Of a DNA stretch of 64,000 nucleotides, positions 47,077-56,690 are shown one piece after another. This DNA comes from an uncultured Desulfocicer sp. (GTDB taxonomy: Bacteria > Desulfobacterota > Desulfobacteria > Desulfobacterales > Desulfobacteraceae). Below the pieces are notes generated by a model. That model had not been told where the DNA came from and did not search any database. It saw only the letters and a list, made by a program, of their open reading frames with translations. The DNA is taken from assembly GCA_964433355.1 (NCBI GenBank), contig CAYSSE010000001.1:13976-77975 (forward strand). The letters run 5' to 3'. The first letter of the stretch is position 1; every line of letters starts with the position of its first letter. The position numbers and the translations under genes were made by a program.

Positions 47077-48807
47077 ATGAAAATTGATGCGGTCGTCTTT
47101 ACTCAATCGGACAATAATAATAACCCATCAGGGATGTCACTTGAGATTGAAGAAATTAAACAGAATACTCATAATTACGAAACCAAAACAAAATCACTTA
47201 TAGTCTTTTCTGAAAGATATACGGAAAAGTTAAAAGTTTATGAAAATGAAATAGATTTTCTGGGACAGCAAAATGATGCTGTAGGTTTGACTAAAATGTT
47301 TGAATCCACAAAAGATAAAATTCCCCTTGCTGTTGGAAAATATAGCCATATAAGACGGTTTATTGGGAGCGTTTATGCTTATCTCAATAAGGATGAAGTA
47401 ATCAGAAACAGGAGTTTGCTTGCCCTTGGTGATGAAGTATTCAAGGAATTATGGCAAACAACGTCTGGTAATACGTCTGATGCGATTTTTAATTTGTTTA
47501 TACCTGGCAAAATCAAATCAAGTGTAAAAACCAGTGAGAAACAATTAGAACCAGATGAGGATGACCTATGCCAAATGTTGCCTCCCATGGCAGTAAGTCC
47601 TGATATTGAAGATGCTTATATTGGGGAATCGCGTGATACAAAATTTATTCGTCAACTTATTATTCGGGCATCTCAAAACCAAAGACCTGTTTTGGTTTTG
47701 GGTGATTCCGGTACAGGTAAGGATGTTATTGCAAGGCAAATTCATCATCACAGTGATAGAAGTGACAAGCCATTTATCTCAATTAATTGTGGAGCCATCC
47801 CTTCAGAACTTTTTGAATCGGAACTTTTTGGTCACACTAAAGGGGCTTTTAGCGGAGCGACGTATGACAAAACTGGATTATGGGAGGCAGCAGATGGCGG
47901 AACTCTTTTCCTTGATGAAATTGGAGATTTGAGCCTTCATCACCAGGTAAAAATACTTCGGGCACTACAGGATGGATCAGGCAGAAGAGTGGGGAGTGTA
48001 AAGAATAATAAACTCAACGCCCGAGTAATTGCTGCAACCAACAGGCACCTTTATAAGATGGTTACCCAGGGACAGTTCCGTGAAGATCTCTATTATCGTT
48101 TACGTTTAGGCATGTTGATTTATACGTCTCCTCTTAGAGATCGCAGGGAAGATATTCCGCTTATGACTTTATCTTTCTGGGAAAAAATTAATCCCGAGAA
48201 TGATCATCGGCCTCAACTTTCAAAAGAAATTTTATCCAGGCTAATGGATTATCAATGGCCTGGAAACGTCAGGGAAATAAAGTCGATTCTCAACAGTCTC
48301 TACTCGTTTTTTTATGAGGAAGATCTGTTGACTGTAAAGCATTTGGAAGCCATTCTTGCCTATGAAGGTCAGGATACCATCAAGCCATCTGAGGCTTCCG
48401 ATGTACCCACAAAAACAAAGATGCTATCCAATAAAATTAAAACAATGCGCCAATTAATACGAGTTGATGAACTTATTGAAGCTATTATTAATGACATGAC
48501 TCGGTTCACTTCATCTCATAATATCAATTTGAATCACAATATTGATTCGGATTCTTTGCTTTTTTTTCAAAGCAATTTAAAAAATAGAATTGATGAGTTA
48601 GACGCTCTTTGCTTATATCCCCTTCGCTTTGGTTCATCAGTGATGTTTGATGAGATAAATCTATTACGGTCAAGGTTACTTTATTTTTATGGTATATTGG
48701 GCCATGATTTCCAGAAAGCCTGTAATTTCTGGCAAGAAGATACTAAAGTTGTTTTAAAAAATACAAAAAATAAAATTTCACAAATAATAGGGGATTTGAT
48801 GGTGTGA
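47077..48807 (+). CDS. sigma54-dependent AAA+ activator (bEBP) with atypical flanking domains
   Basis: GDSGTGKD, INCGAIP, ESELFGH, GAFSGA, LFLDEIG, VIAATN, FREDLYYRL, WPGNVRE; no receiver or Fis HTH recognised. Confidence 0.9.
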   Translation: MKIDAVVFTQSDNNNNPSGMSLEIEEIKQNTHNYETKTKSLIVFSERYTEKLKVYENEIDFLGQQNDAVGLTKMFESTKDKIPLAVGKYSHIRRFIGSVYAYLNKDEVIRNRSLLALGDEVFKELWQTTSGNTSDAIFNLFIPGKIKSSVKTSEKQLEPDEDDLCQMLPPMAVSPDIEDAYIGESRDTKFIRQLIIRASQNQRPVLVLGDSGTGKDVIARQIHHHSDRSDKPFISINCGAIPSELFESELFGHTKGAFSGATYDKTGLWEAADGGTLFLDEIGDLSLHHQVKILRALQDGSGRRVGSVKNNKLNARVIAATNRHLYKMVTQGQFREDLYYRLRLGMLIYTSPLRDRREDIPLMTLSFWEKINPENDHRPQLSKEILSRLMDYQWPGNVREIKSILNSLYSFFYEEDLLTVKHLEAILAYEGQDTIKPSEASDVPTKTKMLSNKIKTMRQLIRVDELIEAIINDMTRFTSSHNINLNHNIDSDSLLFFQSNLKNRIDELDALCLYPLRFGSSVMFDEINLLRSRLLYFYGILGHDFQKACNFWQEDTKVVLKNTKNKISQIIGDLMV

Positions 48808-49068
48808 CAAGGGGAAAGTGAATTTGAGCCTATAATTATCTTATCTATAGGTGCTGTGGCTTGGTCTAAAGCATCAACTTCTTGATTGTTTTTATATACG
48901 ATTGAACTGATATAAAGTGAATTGGGGCTATGTGTTTGTGTAAAAAGCAACATAATCAATAATTAAAAGTTATGCTTTTGTTTTTTTATTGACAATTCTT
49001 TGAAAAAAAAGCACGTTATTAAAAATATTGGGTCTGTAAATATTTAATGGTCGGGGCTCTCTTTGAAA

Positions 49069-49098
49069 TTGACTTTATATACAGTGTTTTAGTAGAAT
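49069..49098 (+). promoter_or_regulatory. Possible sigma70 promoter for the right arm
   Basis: TTGACT, 18 bp spacer, TAGAAT. Confidence 0.4.
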
Positions 49099-49103
49099 TT
49101 GTA

Positions 49104-49207
49104 GCAAATTCTGAACAACTCGGAGTGATGATAAAGTCAGTTTAGCCTTTAAAAGCCGGGTGCTCTTCAAAAGAATTCCCCTAATGCCCGGATTTATTGA
49201 GAACTTA
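49104..49207. mobile_element. MITE family A, degenerate copy
   Basis: Interior GTTTAGCCTTTAAAAGCCGGGTGCTCTTCAAAA and right end TTATTGAGAACTTA match the 27444 copy; left end 15/20 identical. Confidence 0.75.
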
Positions 49208-49249
49208 GGGCTTGATCATAACGTCGGGCTGCTTGTGGTGGAATTTTAA
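49208..49249 (+). repeat. 42-bp repeat starting with a family B-like terminus
   Basis: GGGCTTGATCATAACGTCGGGCTGCTTGTGGTGGAATTTTAA; abuts the family A end. Confidence 0.9.
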
Positions 49250-49280
49250 CATTAAAAATATATAAAATATAATCAGTTCA

Positions 49281-49451
49281 TCCGAATTTCGCGTACTTAC
49301 CTTGCCGCAAATTCTGGATCAGGCGATATTTGAGCAGGGGCTGGCAGCTGATTTTGAATTATTTATCCGGAATGAATGGAAGCCGGAGGCATGCCGCAAA
49401 GCCCTTGAATGGATGAAAAATGAATTTTTCAAATCCAAAAAAGCGGCATGA
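49281..49451 (+). pseudogene. Orphan 3' gene fragment
   Basis: Open frame SEFRVLTLPQILDQAIFEQGLAADFELFIRNEWKPEACRKALEWMKNEFFKSKKAA-stop with no credible start; higher GC than the AT-rich DNA on its left. Confidence 0.5.
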
Positions 49452-49492
49452 AACTCAAATTAGATGAGAATCCACTTTGATCAAGGAGTATT

Positions 49493-52400
49493 ATGACCAA
49501 CGATAGCACATACAAATATTTTGCCTTTATCAGCTACTCCAGAAAGGACAGCAAGGCAGCCAAATGGCTCCAACGAAGGTTGGAATGGTTCCGGTTTCCC
49601 GTCAAAATGGTGGCAGAAGAGGCCCGCCCAGTGCATCCGAAATATATCCGCCCGGTTTACAGGGATAAAACCAACCTGGAAGTCGATGATGCCCACTATT
49701 GGGAGAATATCAAAGGGGCCATATTACAATCCCGATTTCTGATCGTGTTATGTTCTCCTGATTCTGCATCCTCCCAACCGGTTGATATGGAAATCCGGCA
49801 TTTTCTTTCTGATCCGAAACGTAAAGACGTCTTGGCAGACATAGTGCCTGTGATCCTCAAGGGAAATGTCGGAATCGGGGATGAATCAGAGAGCCTCTGC
49901 CCAGCCCTGCTGGAACAGGGCAGCAAGGTCTTGGCCCGGAATCTGCCCACCATGGTCCCGGACGGTGATGATTCTGAAAAAGAAGGCTGGGAAAACGGAT
50001 TTGTGGGTGTGGCCTCTTACCTGCTCCAGCTCAAGCGCGAGGCACTAAGCGACCATTGCCAGCGGGAAGAACGCAAACGTGCCCGGCGCTCAAAGCTGCT
50101 TTCTGCCGTGTTTGCCCTACTGGCAATCCTGGCCGTGACCGGGGGCATTGTGGCCTGGCAGCAACGGCAAGGGGCTGTTAATAAAGAACATCAAATCCAA
50201 GTTCAATCTGCTCAGTCGGATTTCTTGATAGCATGTGAAAAGGTAGAACAGGAGCGTCCGGATATTGCTCTAGCCCATCTGGCGCGAGCTGTTCAAAACG
50301 ATCCTCAAAACCTAGCAATTCAGGCTAAACTCACGTTTCTTGTTCAGCAAATGGGTGGTGCAAGATTAGAGGTCTTGTTGAAACATTCCAGTAAAGTTAG
50401 AACTGCTTCGTTTAGTCCCAACGGAAGAAAAATACTTACAACATCAGACGACAACAAAGTTCATGTTTGGGACAGCAAGACCGGCGATAGAATAGGTAAA
50501 CCGATTGAACATAAAGGGCAAATTCAATCTGCCAAATTCAGTCCCGACAGTGAACGCATTGCAACTGCATCAAAAGACGGGACATCGCAGGTATGGGATG
50601 CAAACACTGGTTTAGCCGTGGGCAAACCGATAATTCACAAATTTGGTAGCGTCTATTCCGCAATCTTCAGTCCAAATGGCAAAATGATTGTCACCTGTGG
50701 TGCTTCAGACAAAATCGCTCAAATTTGGGACGCCGACTCTGGTGAAGTTATTAGCAAACCACTCAAGCACAAAAATAACATTCAATCAGCTTCTTTTAGT
50801 TGGAATAACCGTTGGGTGGCGACCACAACCTTGGAATCCATTCATCTTTGGGACGCGACAACTGGTGAATCGATTGGTATCCCGATGCGCTCTGAAGGTC
50901 TAATAAAATCTGCTGCTTTTAATAATACAGACGAGTATATCATTTGTGAAACTTACGACTCATTTGAGTTTTGGGATGTAAAGACTTGTGTCCAGATCCA
51001 TGAGGCTGTTCAAAAACCTCTGAGGCACCGTTGGGAGGGAGCCTTATCAACTTACAGCCCTAACAAAAGAAGAGTCGCTTCTCCATCTGGCGAGAGTATC
51101 CGAATATGGAATTCCGCAACCGACGAAACGATTTGCGATAGCATAAAACATGAATCATGTACAGCAGTTTCCTTTGATCCAACTGCTAGACGAATTGTAA
51201 CAGCATCACTCGATAAGACGGCTCAGGTGTGGGATGCGACTTCAACAGAAGTCTTGGGAAGGAAGTTTCAACGTGAAGGAAGTATTTTCGCAATCCACGA
51301 CAATTACTCCCGTATCGTGATGACACCTGAGTCACAGACAAGCGCAAGAGTATTAGATTGTTCTACAGGGAGGTTTGTGGGGAAGCCGATGCAACACGAA
51401 GATCCGATTGAATCGGCAACTTTTAGTCGAAATGGGAATCACGTTGTTACAGTGTCAGAATATTCTGTCAAAGTATGGGATTGGATTGAAGGTGAAATGA
51501 TCTGCCCATCATTGGATCACGATCAGTCAATTGCTGCCGCAGAATTCAGCCCGAACGGATCAACTTTGCTCATCACAGATGACAACGACGTCATAACGGT
51601 TTGGGATACGACCACCGGAAAATCCCTTTATGATCCTATTGATTTAGGTTGCTCAATTGCTCCGCCGGTATTCAGCGCCGATGGGAGTGAGTTTGCCGTA
51701 ATGTCAGAAGATGCCGTACACATTTTTAGTGGAAATTCGGGTAAACTCACCAATGAAACTCAAGTCGAAAACGGGAGAATTACCTCATTAAAATACAGTA
51801 ATGGGAGTTGGAAAGCCATTTTTGTAATGGAAGATTTAACTATTCAACTGAGAGATGTTTCAAACAGTGCCGTTCTTTTGAAGGCGGGTCCGTACAGTGA
51901 TGACTCGCAAATGATTTTGATTGGGCCGCTAGGTCATAAAATGGTCATTGTTGATGGGAATCAATCTGAGATTTGGGACACTACAACTGGTAAAATTATC
52001 GGTAACCGGATCCAGCATGAGTCGCAGGTGAAACACCTATCCTTTGATTCTAGCGGAAATCAAAGCCTAACTGCCACAGAACATGTTGTACGTGTTTTGG
52101 ACACAAACACCGGAAAGCTTGTAGGCGAAAATTTCAAATATGAAGACCTGATTTGTTCATGCTCATTTAGCCCCAATGGAAAATGGATTATAATTGTTTC
52201 TCTGAATACGATTACTGGGCAATTTATAATCAATTTGCAGGATATCGAATCAGCAAAGTCCCTTGCTAGATTCACGATCGACGAGCCTTGGGTTCACTCG
52301 GCCACTCTCGTTAATGGTGAACGAACCCTGATGGTTGATGGAGCGTATCATGTTCAAATATTGGATATACTTCCCGATATTTCCTATAGCGAATCCGACA

Positions 52401-54184
52401 TAATTACGCTTAGAGATATAGCATGGGTGACAGCTCGGCGAAGAATAGAACCAACTACTGGTGTATTACAGAACATAAGTCCACGAGAGTCTCTCGCTCT
52501 GCGTCAAACACTTAGTAGTTTAAATGGGGCTTCAGGGCTCGAACGTTTTGTAAAAACTGTTGTCTCCCCACGTGTTGAACGTCCAACCTCTTTGGCATGT
52601 GATCAAAGATATGTGGATATAGTGAGTCTTACGAATTCCGGCGATTTTCTTGAAGCTGCAGAAGAGGGGGATTTGGTAAAAATTGCAAATTGTCTGGATG
52701 CCGGTATTGACATAGATACCTCTGACGAAGACGGAAACACAGCTCTACTACTTGCTGCCGGTTACCCTGGTGTTGTTAACTACCTCTTGCACCAATACGA
52801 GAAACGAGTCAATCGCATCAACGGTGATGCTCCCTCTCCAATACATATGCAGCTCGGTCTTGCCTATTTGATGAATGGACGGTTGGAAGAAGCCAAAAAC
52901 ATATTGATGGAGTATGTAGGATCGGTTGATTCTGATGGAAACTCTTGGAATGATGGCATTAGAAAACGCTTTGAATTAGTGAGGACTCAAGGATTTGATT
53001 TTGGCAATTTCTACGAAATTGAACACATGCTTGATGTGAAAGAGGGAAAAGCTGCACCTCGGAAAACAGAACTTTATAGCACGAAACAAGCGACAGAAAA
53101 CTTTCCCCAGTTAATTTGGAATAAAAAGATACGCTTCGAAATGAGTCTAAAAGACGTTTCATTAGCACCAGCGCACAACAACGGATGGCTACTTACTGCA
53201 TCGTCAGAAAATGACATCGTGGTAATGAAACTTGATCATTCCGCCGAGCCGGAATGGATAAAAAAATTTGGTGGACCGGGCATTGATATTCCTGGAAAAG
53301 GACTCGTCAGCTCTTCCGGAAAAACTTATTTAGTTCCGGGAGTGTGGAATGTTCCGCATCAGTTTACAAATTCTGAAGCTTCTCAGTGTTGGATAGCAGA
53401 ACTTAGCGATTCTGGAGACATTCTTCAATCAAGCAAACGAGTATTATCCGAAATCGAATCTCAAGTTTTCTCTGTTGGAGAAGTTTTTGAATTAGAAAAT
53501 GGCCAATGGTATATTTCATTAAAATTGAATCATTATACAGGACCAATGCATGGATTGATCTCATTTGAAGGAGGAAAAGACAGAAGCATCGTTGGTGGGA
53601 ATTGCACCCCATCCGGCCCATACGTAACATTGATGGACGACAACCCCGAAAACATCATGTATGCACAGGTCTCCGACACTCGCATTCGAGTTTATACGAT
53701 TCAGAAAGGAAAACCAAAAAAGCTCTTCGAAGTGAATTTACAAATTCCAACGAATAGTTTCACTCAAATTGACTCCATAACACTGACACCGTCCTGTATC
53801 TATATTGTCGGAACGGATGAAAACGCTCCTGCTTTCGGGCGAGGTTCATGGAATAAACGTCCGGTAATGGTCTCCAGAATCAATTACGACGGAAATGTTG
53901 TTTGGACAAACACGGTAGATTCAACACATGGAGGATCCTCTCGTTTATGCACTGCTGGAGTTTTAAAAAGGCATGTAATAGTAGCGTCCGGAAATAAACT
54001 CTGGTGTTTAGATTATAAGAATGGTTCTAGGATTTGGGATTATGAACTTGAGGATACAAATGGGATTCAGTCCATAACCATCTCTGGTAATAATTTACTC
54101 GTAAACGGAGGTTGTGATGAAGACGGCAGGCTCAAATTATCCCTGCTCAAAATCCCAACCATTGATGAGACAGAAAGGCACTAG
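49493..54184 (+). CDS. TIR-TM-WD40-ankyrin-TPR-beta-propeller receptor
   Basis: YFAFISYSRKD..WL..LE, LIVLCSP.SASS..VDMEI; one TM helix; many WD40 repeats (FSPDSERIATASKDGTSQVWD); ankyrin (GNTALLLAA); AAGGAG RBS. Confidence 0.9.
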   Translation: MTNDSTYKYFAFISYSRKDSKAAKWLQRRLEWFRFPVKMVAEEARPVHPKYIRPVYRDKTNLEVDDAHYWENIKGAILQSRFLIVLCSPDSASSQPVDMEIRHFLSDPKRKDVLADIVPVILKGNVGIGDESESLCPALLEQGSKVLARNLPTMVPDGDDSEKEGWENGFVGVASYLLQLKREALSDHCQREERKRARRSKLLSAVFALLAILAVTGGIVAWQQRQGAVNKEHQIQVQSAQSDFLIACEKVEQERPDIALAHLARAVQNDPQNLAIQAKLTFLVQQMGGARLEVLLKHSSKVRTASFSPNGRKILTTSDDNKVHVWDSKTGDRIGKPIEHKGQIQSAKFSPDSERIATASKDGTSQVWDANTGLAVGKPIIHKFGSVYSAIFSPNGKMIVTCGASDKIAQIWDADSGEVISKPLKHKNNIQSASFSWNNRWVATTTLESIHLWDATTGESIGIPMRSEGLIKSAAFNNTDEYIICETYDSFEFWDVKTCVQIHEAVQKPLRHRWEGALSTYSPNKRRVASPSGESIRIWNSATDETICDSIKHESCTAVSFDPTARRIVTASLDKTAQVWDATSTEVLGRKFQREGSIFAIHDNYSRIVMTPESQTSARVLDCSTGRFVGKPMQHEDPIESATFSRNGNHVVTVSEYSVKVWDWIEGEMICPSLDHDQSIAAAEFSPNGSTLLITDDNDVITVWDTTTGKSLYDPIDLGCSIAPPVFSADGSEFAVMSEDAVHIFSGNSGKLTNETQVENGRITSLKYSNGSWKAIFVMEDLTIQLRDVSNSAVLLKAGPYSDDSQMILIGPLGHKMVIVDGNQSEIWDTTTGKIIGNRIQHESQVKHLSFDSSGNQSLTATEHVVRVLDTNTGKLVGENFKYEDLICSCSFSPNGKWIIIVSLNTITGQFIINLQDIESAKSLARFTIDEPWVHSATLVNGERTLMVDGAYHVQILDILPDISYSESDIITLRDIAWVTARRRIEPTTGVLQNISPRESLALRQTLSSLNGASGLERFVKTVVSPRVERPTSLACDQRYVDIVSLTNSGDFLEAAEEGDLVKIANCLDAGIDIDTSDEDGNTALLLAAGYPGVVNYLLHQYEKRVNRINGDAPSPIHMQLGLAYLMNGRLEEAKNILMEYVGSVDSDGNSWNDGIRKRFELVRTQGFDFGNFYEIEHMLDVKEGKAAPRKTELYSTKQATENFPQLIWNKKIRFEMSLKDVSLAPAHNNGWLLTASSENDIVVMKLDHSAEPEWIKKFGGPGIDIPGKGLVSSSGKTYLVPGVWNVPHQFTNSEASQCWIAELSDSGDILQSSKRVLSEIESQVFSVGEVFELENGQWYISLKLNHYTGPMHGLISFEGGKDRSIVGGNCTPSGPYVTLMDDNPENIMYAQVSDTRIRVYTIQKGKPKKLFEVNLQIPTNSFTQIDSITLTPSCIYIVGTDENAPAFGRGSWNKRPVMVSRINYDGNVVWTNTVDSTHGGSSRLCTAGVLKRHVIVASGNKLWCLDYKNGSRIWDYELEDTNGIQSITISGNNLLVNGGCDEDGRLKLSLLKIPTIDETERH

Positions 54185-54331
54185 TCGATAAATATTTGCT
54201 TCACAATGAATCCAAAAAATAAACGATTTCGGTTACAACATCCACATCGAAAAAGACACCAAGCATTGAACGCTGTAGGTGCGGCGGTGACCGCACATGG
54301 AAGTAAAATTCCAAATAGTGGAAAAAATGAT

Positions 54332-54700
54332 ATGAACGAGAAAAAACAATATTGGGCATTTGTTTCCTATTCGTCGAAGGATAAGCGCTGGGGGCAGTGG
54401 TTGCACCGGCGATTGGAAAACTATCTGTCGAATAGAGAAAATCTCGAATTTATTGAAAAACAAGTTCAAAAATTCACACAAATTCTTCCTGTCTATAAAA
54501 CTTTCGCACAAGCTCTGGGGCATATTTTGAAAAATACCGCTGATAAAATGAGACTAAATGCCATTGTACAGACAAGGCTCTCTCCCCATCTGGTTCCCTG
54601 GGATGAACTGACCGAGGAAATCAAAGATTATGACAGAATATTCATTATCCAAATGCCAAGGATATTAAAACAAGTCGGCTATAAAATAACAAAATTGTAG
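54332..54700 (+). pseudogene. In-frame chimera of a TIR start, a RelA/SpoT-protein N-terminus and a RyR C-terminus
   Basis: WAFVSYSSKDKRWGQWLHRRLE (TIR); next 50 aa align to the N-terminus of 27578-30256; PHLVPWDELTEEIKDYDR aligns to its last RyR repeat. Confidence 0.8.
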
Positions 54701-54709
54701 GATGAATTA

Positions 54710-55135
54710 ATGACACTATTGGAAAAAGCACTGGGAATCGCATTGGAGGCCCATAAAGGGCAAAAGGACAAAGCAGGAGAGCCTTACATTCTCCATCCAA
54801 TCCGTGTAATGATGGCAGTCCAAACAGAGGAAGAAAAAATCGTTGCACTTCTGCATGATGTCATCGAAGACTCGTCTGCTACCATTGAGGATTTGAGAAA
54901 ACACGGATTTGATGACAGGATTCTTGATGCGGTTCAATCATTGACAAGGAATCCTTCTCTTGTCTCATACGAGGACACTATTGAACGTATCAAGAAGACC
55001 CCCATTGCTGCAAATGTAAAGCTGGCAGATCTTGAAGACAATATGAACATCAAGCGCATAAAAAAAGTTACAGACAAGGACCTGAAACGGATTAAAAAAT
55101 ATCATAATGCCTGGTCGGTGCTCAATAAACTATAG
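54710..55135 (+). CDS. Stand-alone HD-domain hydrolase, small alarmone hydrolase/Mesh1-like
   Basis: AHKGQKDKAGEPYILHP, ALLHDVIED, VKLADLEDN. Confidence 0.85.
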   Translation: MTLLEKALGIALEAHKGQKDKAGEPYILHPIRVMMAVQTEEEKIVALLHDVIEDSSATIEDLRKHGFDDRILDAVQSLTRNPSLVSYEDTIERIKKTPIAANVKLADLEDNMNIKRIKKVTDKDLKRIKKYHNAWSVLNKL

Positions 55136-55259
55136 TTTGGTTGAAGGTAAACAAAAAATCCGTTTTAAAAAGGAGGTGATGATCAAAATCACTAAATATT
55201 GAATTTGCTGAACTAAATTTAGATCTCATTTACACCCAACAATTATGAGGAAAAATTTT

Positions 55260-56066
55260 ATGAAACGTGTTTGCTTAGCCATCGTTATCTCATTTCTTGT
55301 GTGTCTGCTTGCAGCTCCTTCAGGACTCTGTTCTGAAAAGAAAAATGAACCACTCACATCTGAAGAGCTACAGCTCAGTGATAAATCTATCATCCATTAT
55401 CCCGCAGCCCTTGAACTGTTCAACGCTGCAAAAAAATCCGGGATTCCCTTTACTGCGGACATCTCAAATTCGGACATCAGCTCTTATGTGTCAAAAGAAA
55501 AACGCAGCTTAAACCTGGGGCGATTAATGAGTCAGGCTTCGATTTCCGTTATTACCCGGGACGCAGACTCTCTCAATACCCTGGCCAACGCCGTTGAAGC
55601 CCTCGGAAAAACCTTTGGCGTATCAGAAACCATAGAAAACAAAAAAGAGGCAATCACTGACCTGGTTAAGCAAGGGAAATGGGACGAGGTGGGTGTGGAA
55701 ATGGTCCAGCTTGAAACCTGGGTAAAGGATGAAATCCAGGCCATGCGTAATCCTTCAGCTGTTGTCATGGCCAATGCCGCTGGAATGGTAACAGGTCTCT
55801 ACTATGCCACTAAAGGACTTGCAATAAATAATTCCAACAAAGGCTCAAGCTTTCTCAGGCAACCCCTCCTGACAGCCGATCTGATAGCAGATTTAAAAAC
55901 GCTGCCCCCAAGTCTTCAGACGACGGGTCTCGTCAAAAAAATAATGGACGATCTGGAACAGATAAAACCATTGCTATCGGTGCAACAGGGTGAAAACATT
56001 TCCATGGAGAACATAAAAAAATTGGAAAAAATCAGTGGCGAACTTGTTGCAGAGATTTCAAAATAA
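55260..56066 (+). CDS. Secreted alpha-helical protein, paralog of 39224-40075
   Basis: GAGG RBS before ATG 55260, signal peptide, SLNLG motif. Confidence 0.75.
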   Translation: MKRVCLAIVISFLVCLLAAPSGLCSEKKNEPLTSEELQLSDKSIIHYPAALELFNAAKKSGIPFTADISNSDISSYVSKEKRSLNLGRLMSQASISVITRDADSLNTLANAVEALGKTFGVSETIENKKEAITDLVKQGKWDEVGVEMVQLETWVKDEIQAMRNPSAVVMANAAGMVTGLYYATKGLAINNSNKGSSFLRQPLLTADLIADLKTLPPSLQTTGLVKKIMDDLEQIKPLLSVQQGENISMENIKKLEKISGELVAEISK

Positions 56067-56076
56067 AGGAGATATC

Positions 56077-56535
56077 ATGAAAAAGAAAACTATTGTCTGT
56101 ATCTTGATCTCGGCCGTAATTTTTATTTCCGGGATTTCTGCAACCTGTTGGGCAACTGAACAAAGCGCAATTTCAAATGCAGCTGGTGTAATTCAAGCGC
56201 TGAATCAGAAAACTGGGGGTATCATTAATTGGAGAACAAAGCCTTCTGACATTAAATCCTTATTCCTTCATACCGGAGAAGAGTATATCTACTCCAACTA
56301 TTTTTATGCAGGAAATACCTATTTCATACTCGCCGTGGGATGTGACGATGCCACGGATCTTGATGTGACCTTGTATGATGAAAACGGTAACGTTGTCTCT
56401 TCAGATACCACAACAAAATCCTGGTCGGTGGTAACCATTAACCCAAAATGGACCGGCAAATTTTATATTAAAGTCAAAATGTACAAAGCTGTCGGCGGTG
56501 CAGCCCATGCCATTATGCTGACTGGATTCATATAA
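56077..56535 (+). CDS. Secreted small beta-sandwich (PPC-like) protein
   Basis: AAGGAG RBS, signal peptide, DLDVTLYDENG..TGKFYIKV pattern. Confidence 0.7.
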   Translation: MKKKTIVCILISAVIFISGISATCWATEQSAISNAAGVIQALNQKTGGIINWRTKPSDIKSLFLHTGEEYIYSNYFYAGNTYFILAVGCDDATDLDVTLYDENGNVVSSDTTTKSWSVVTINPKWTGKFYIKVKMYKAVGGAAHAIMLTGFI

Positions 56536-56557
56536 TATAACCTGTACCAAAAGATGC

Positions 56558-56616
56558 CGGGGTTAAGGCCAGTCAAACGGAGGATAGTTTCCGTTAACCT
56601 GCTTTAACCCCGTTTT
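56558..56616 (+). terminator. Long intergenic hairpin (terminator or mRNA-stabilising stem)
   Basis: CGGGGTTAA...AACGGA / TCCGTT...TTAACCCCG followed by TTTT. Confidence 0.6.
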
Positions 56617-56690
56617 CACATATTTTGCCAAGAAAGACTACCGAGCTCGACCCGGCTGACATCAACCTCCTTAGCATGGGAAGTATCACA

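Noticed and set aside
54206-54331. N-terminal extension of the 164 aa ORF
   Set aside because: Homology to TIR proteins begins at ATG 54332; the upstream part looks non-coding
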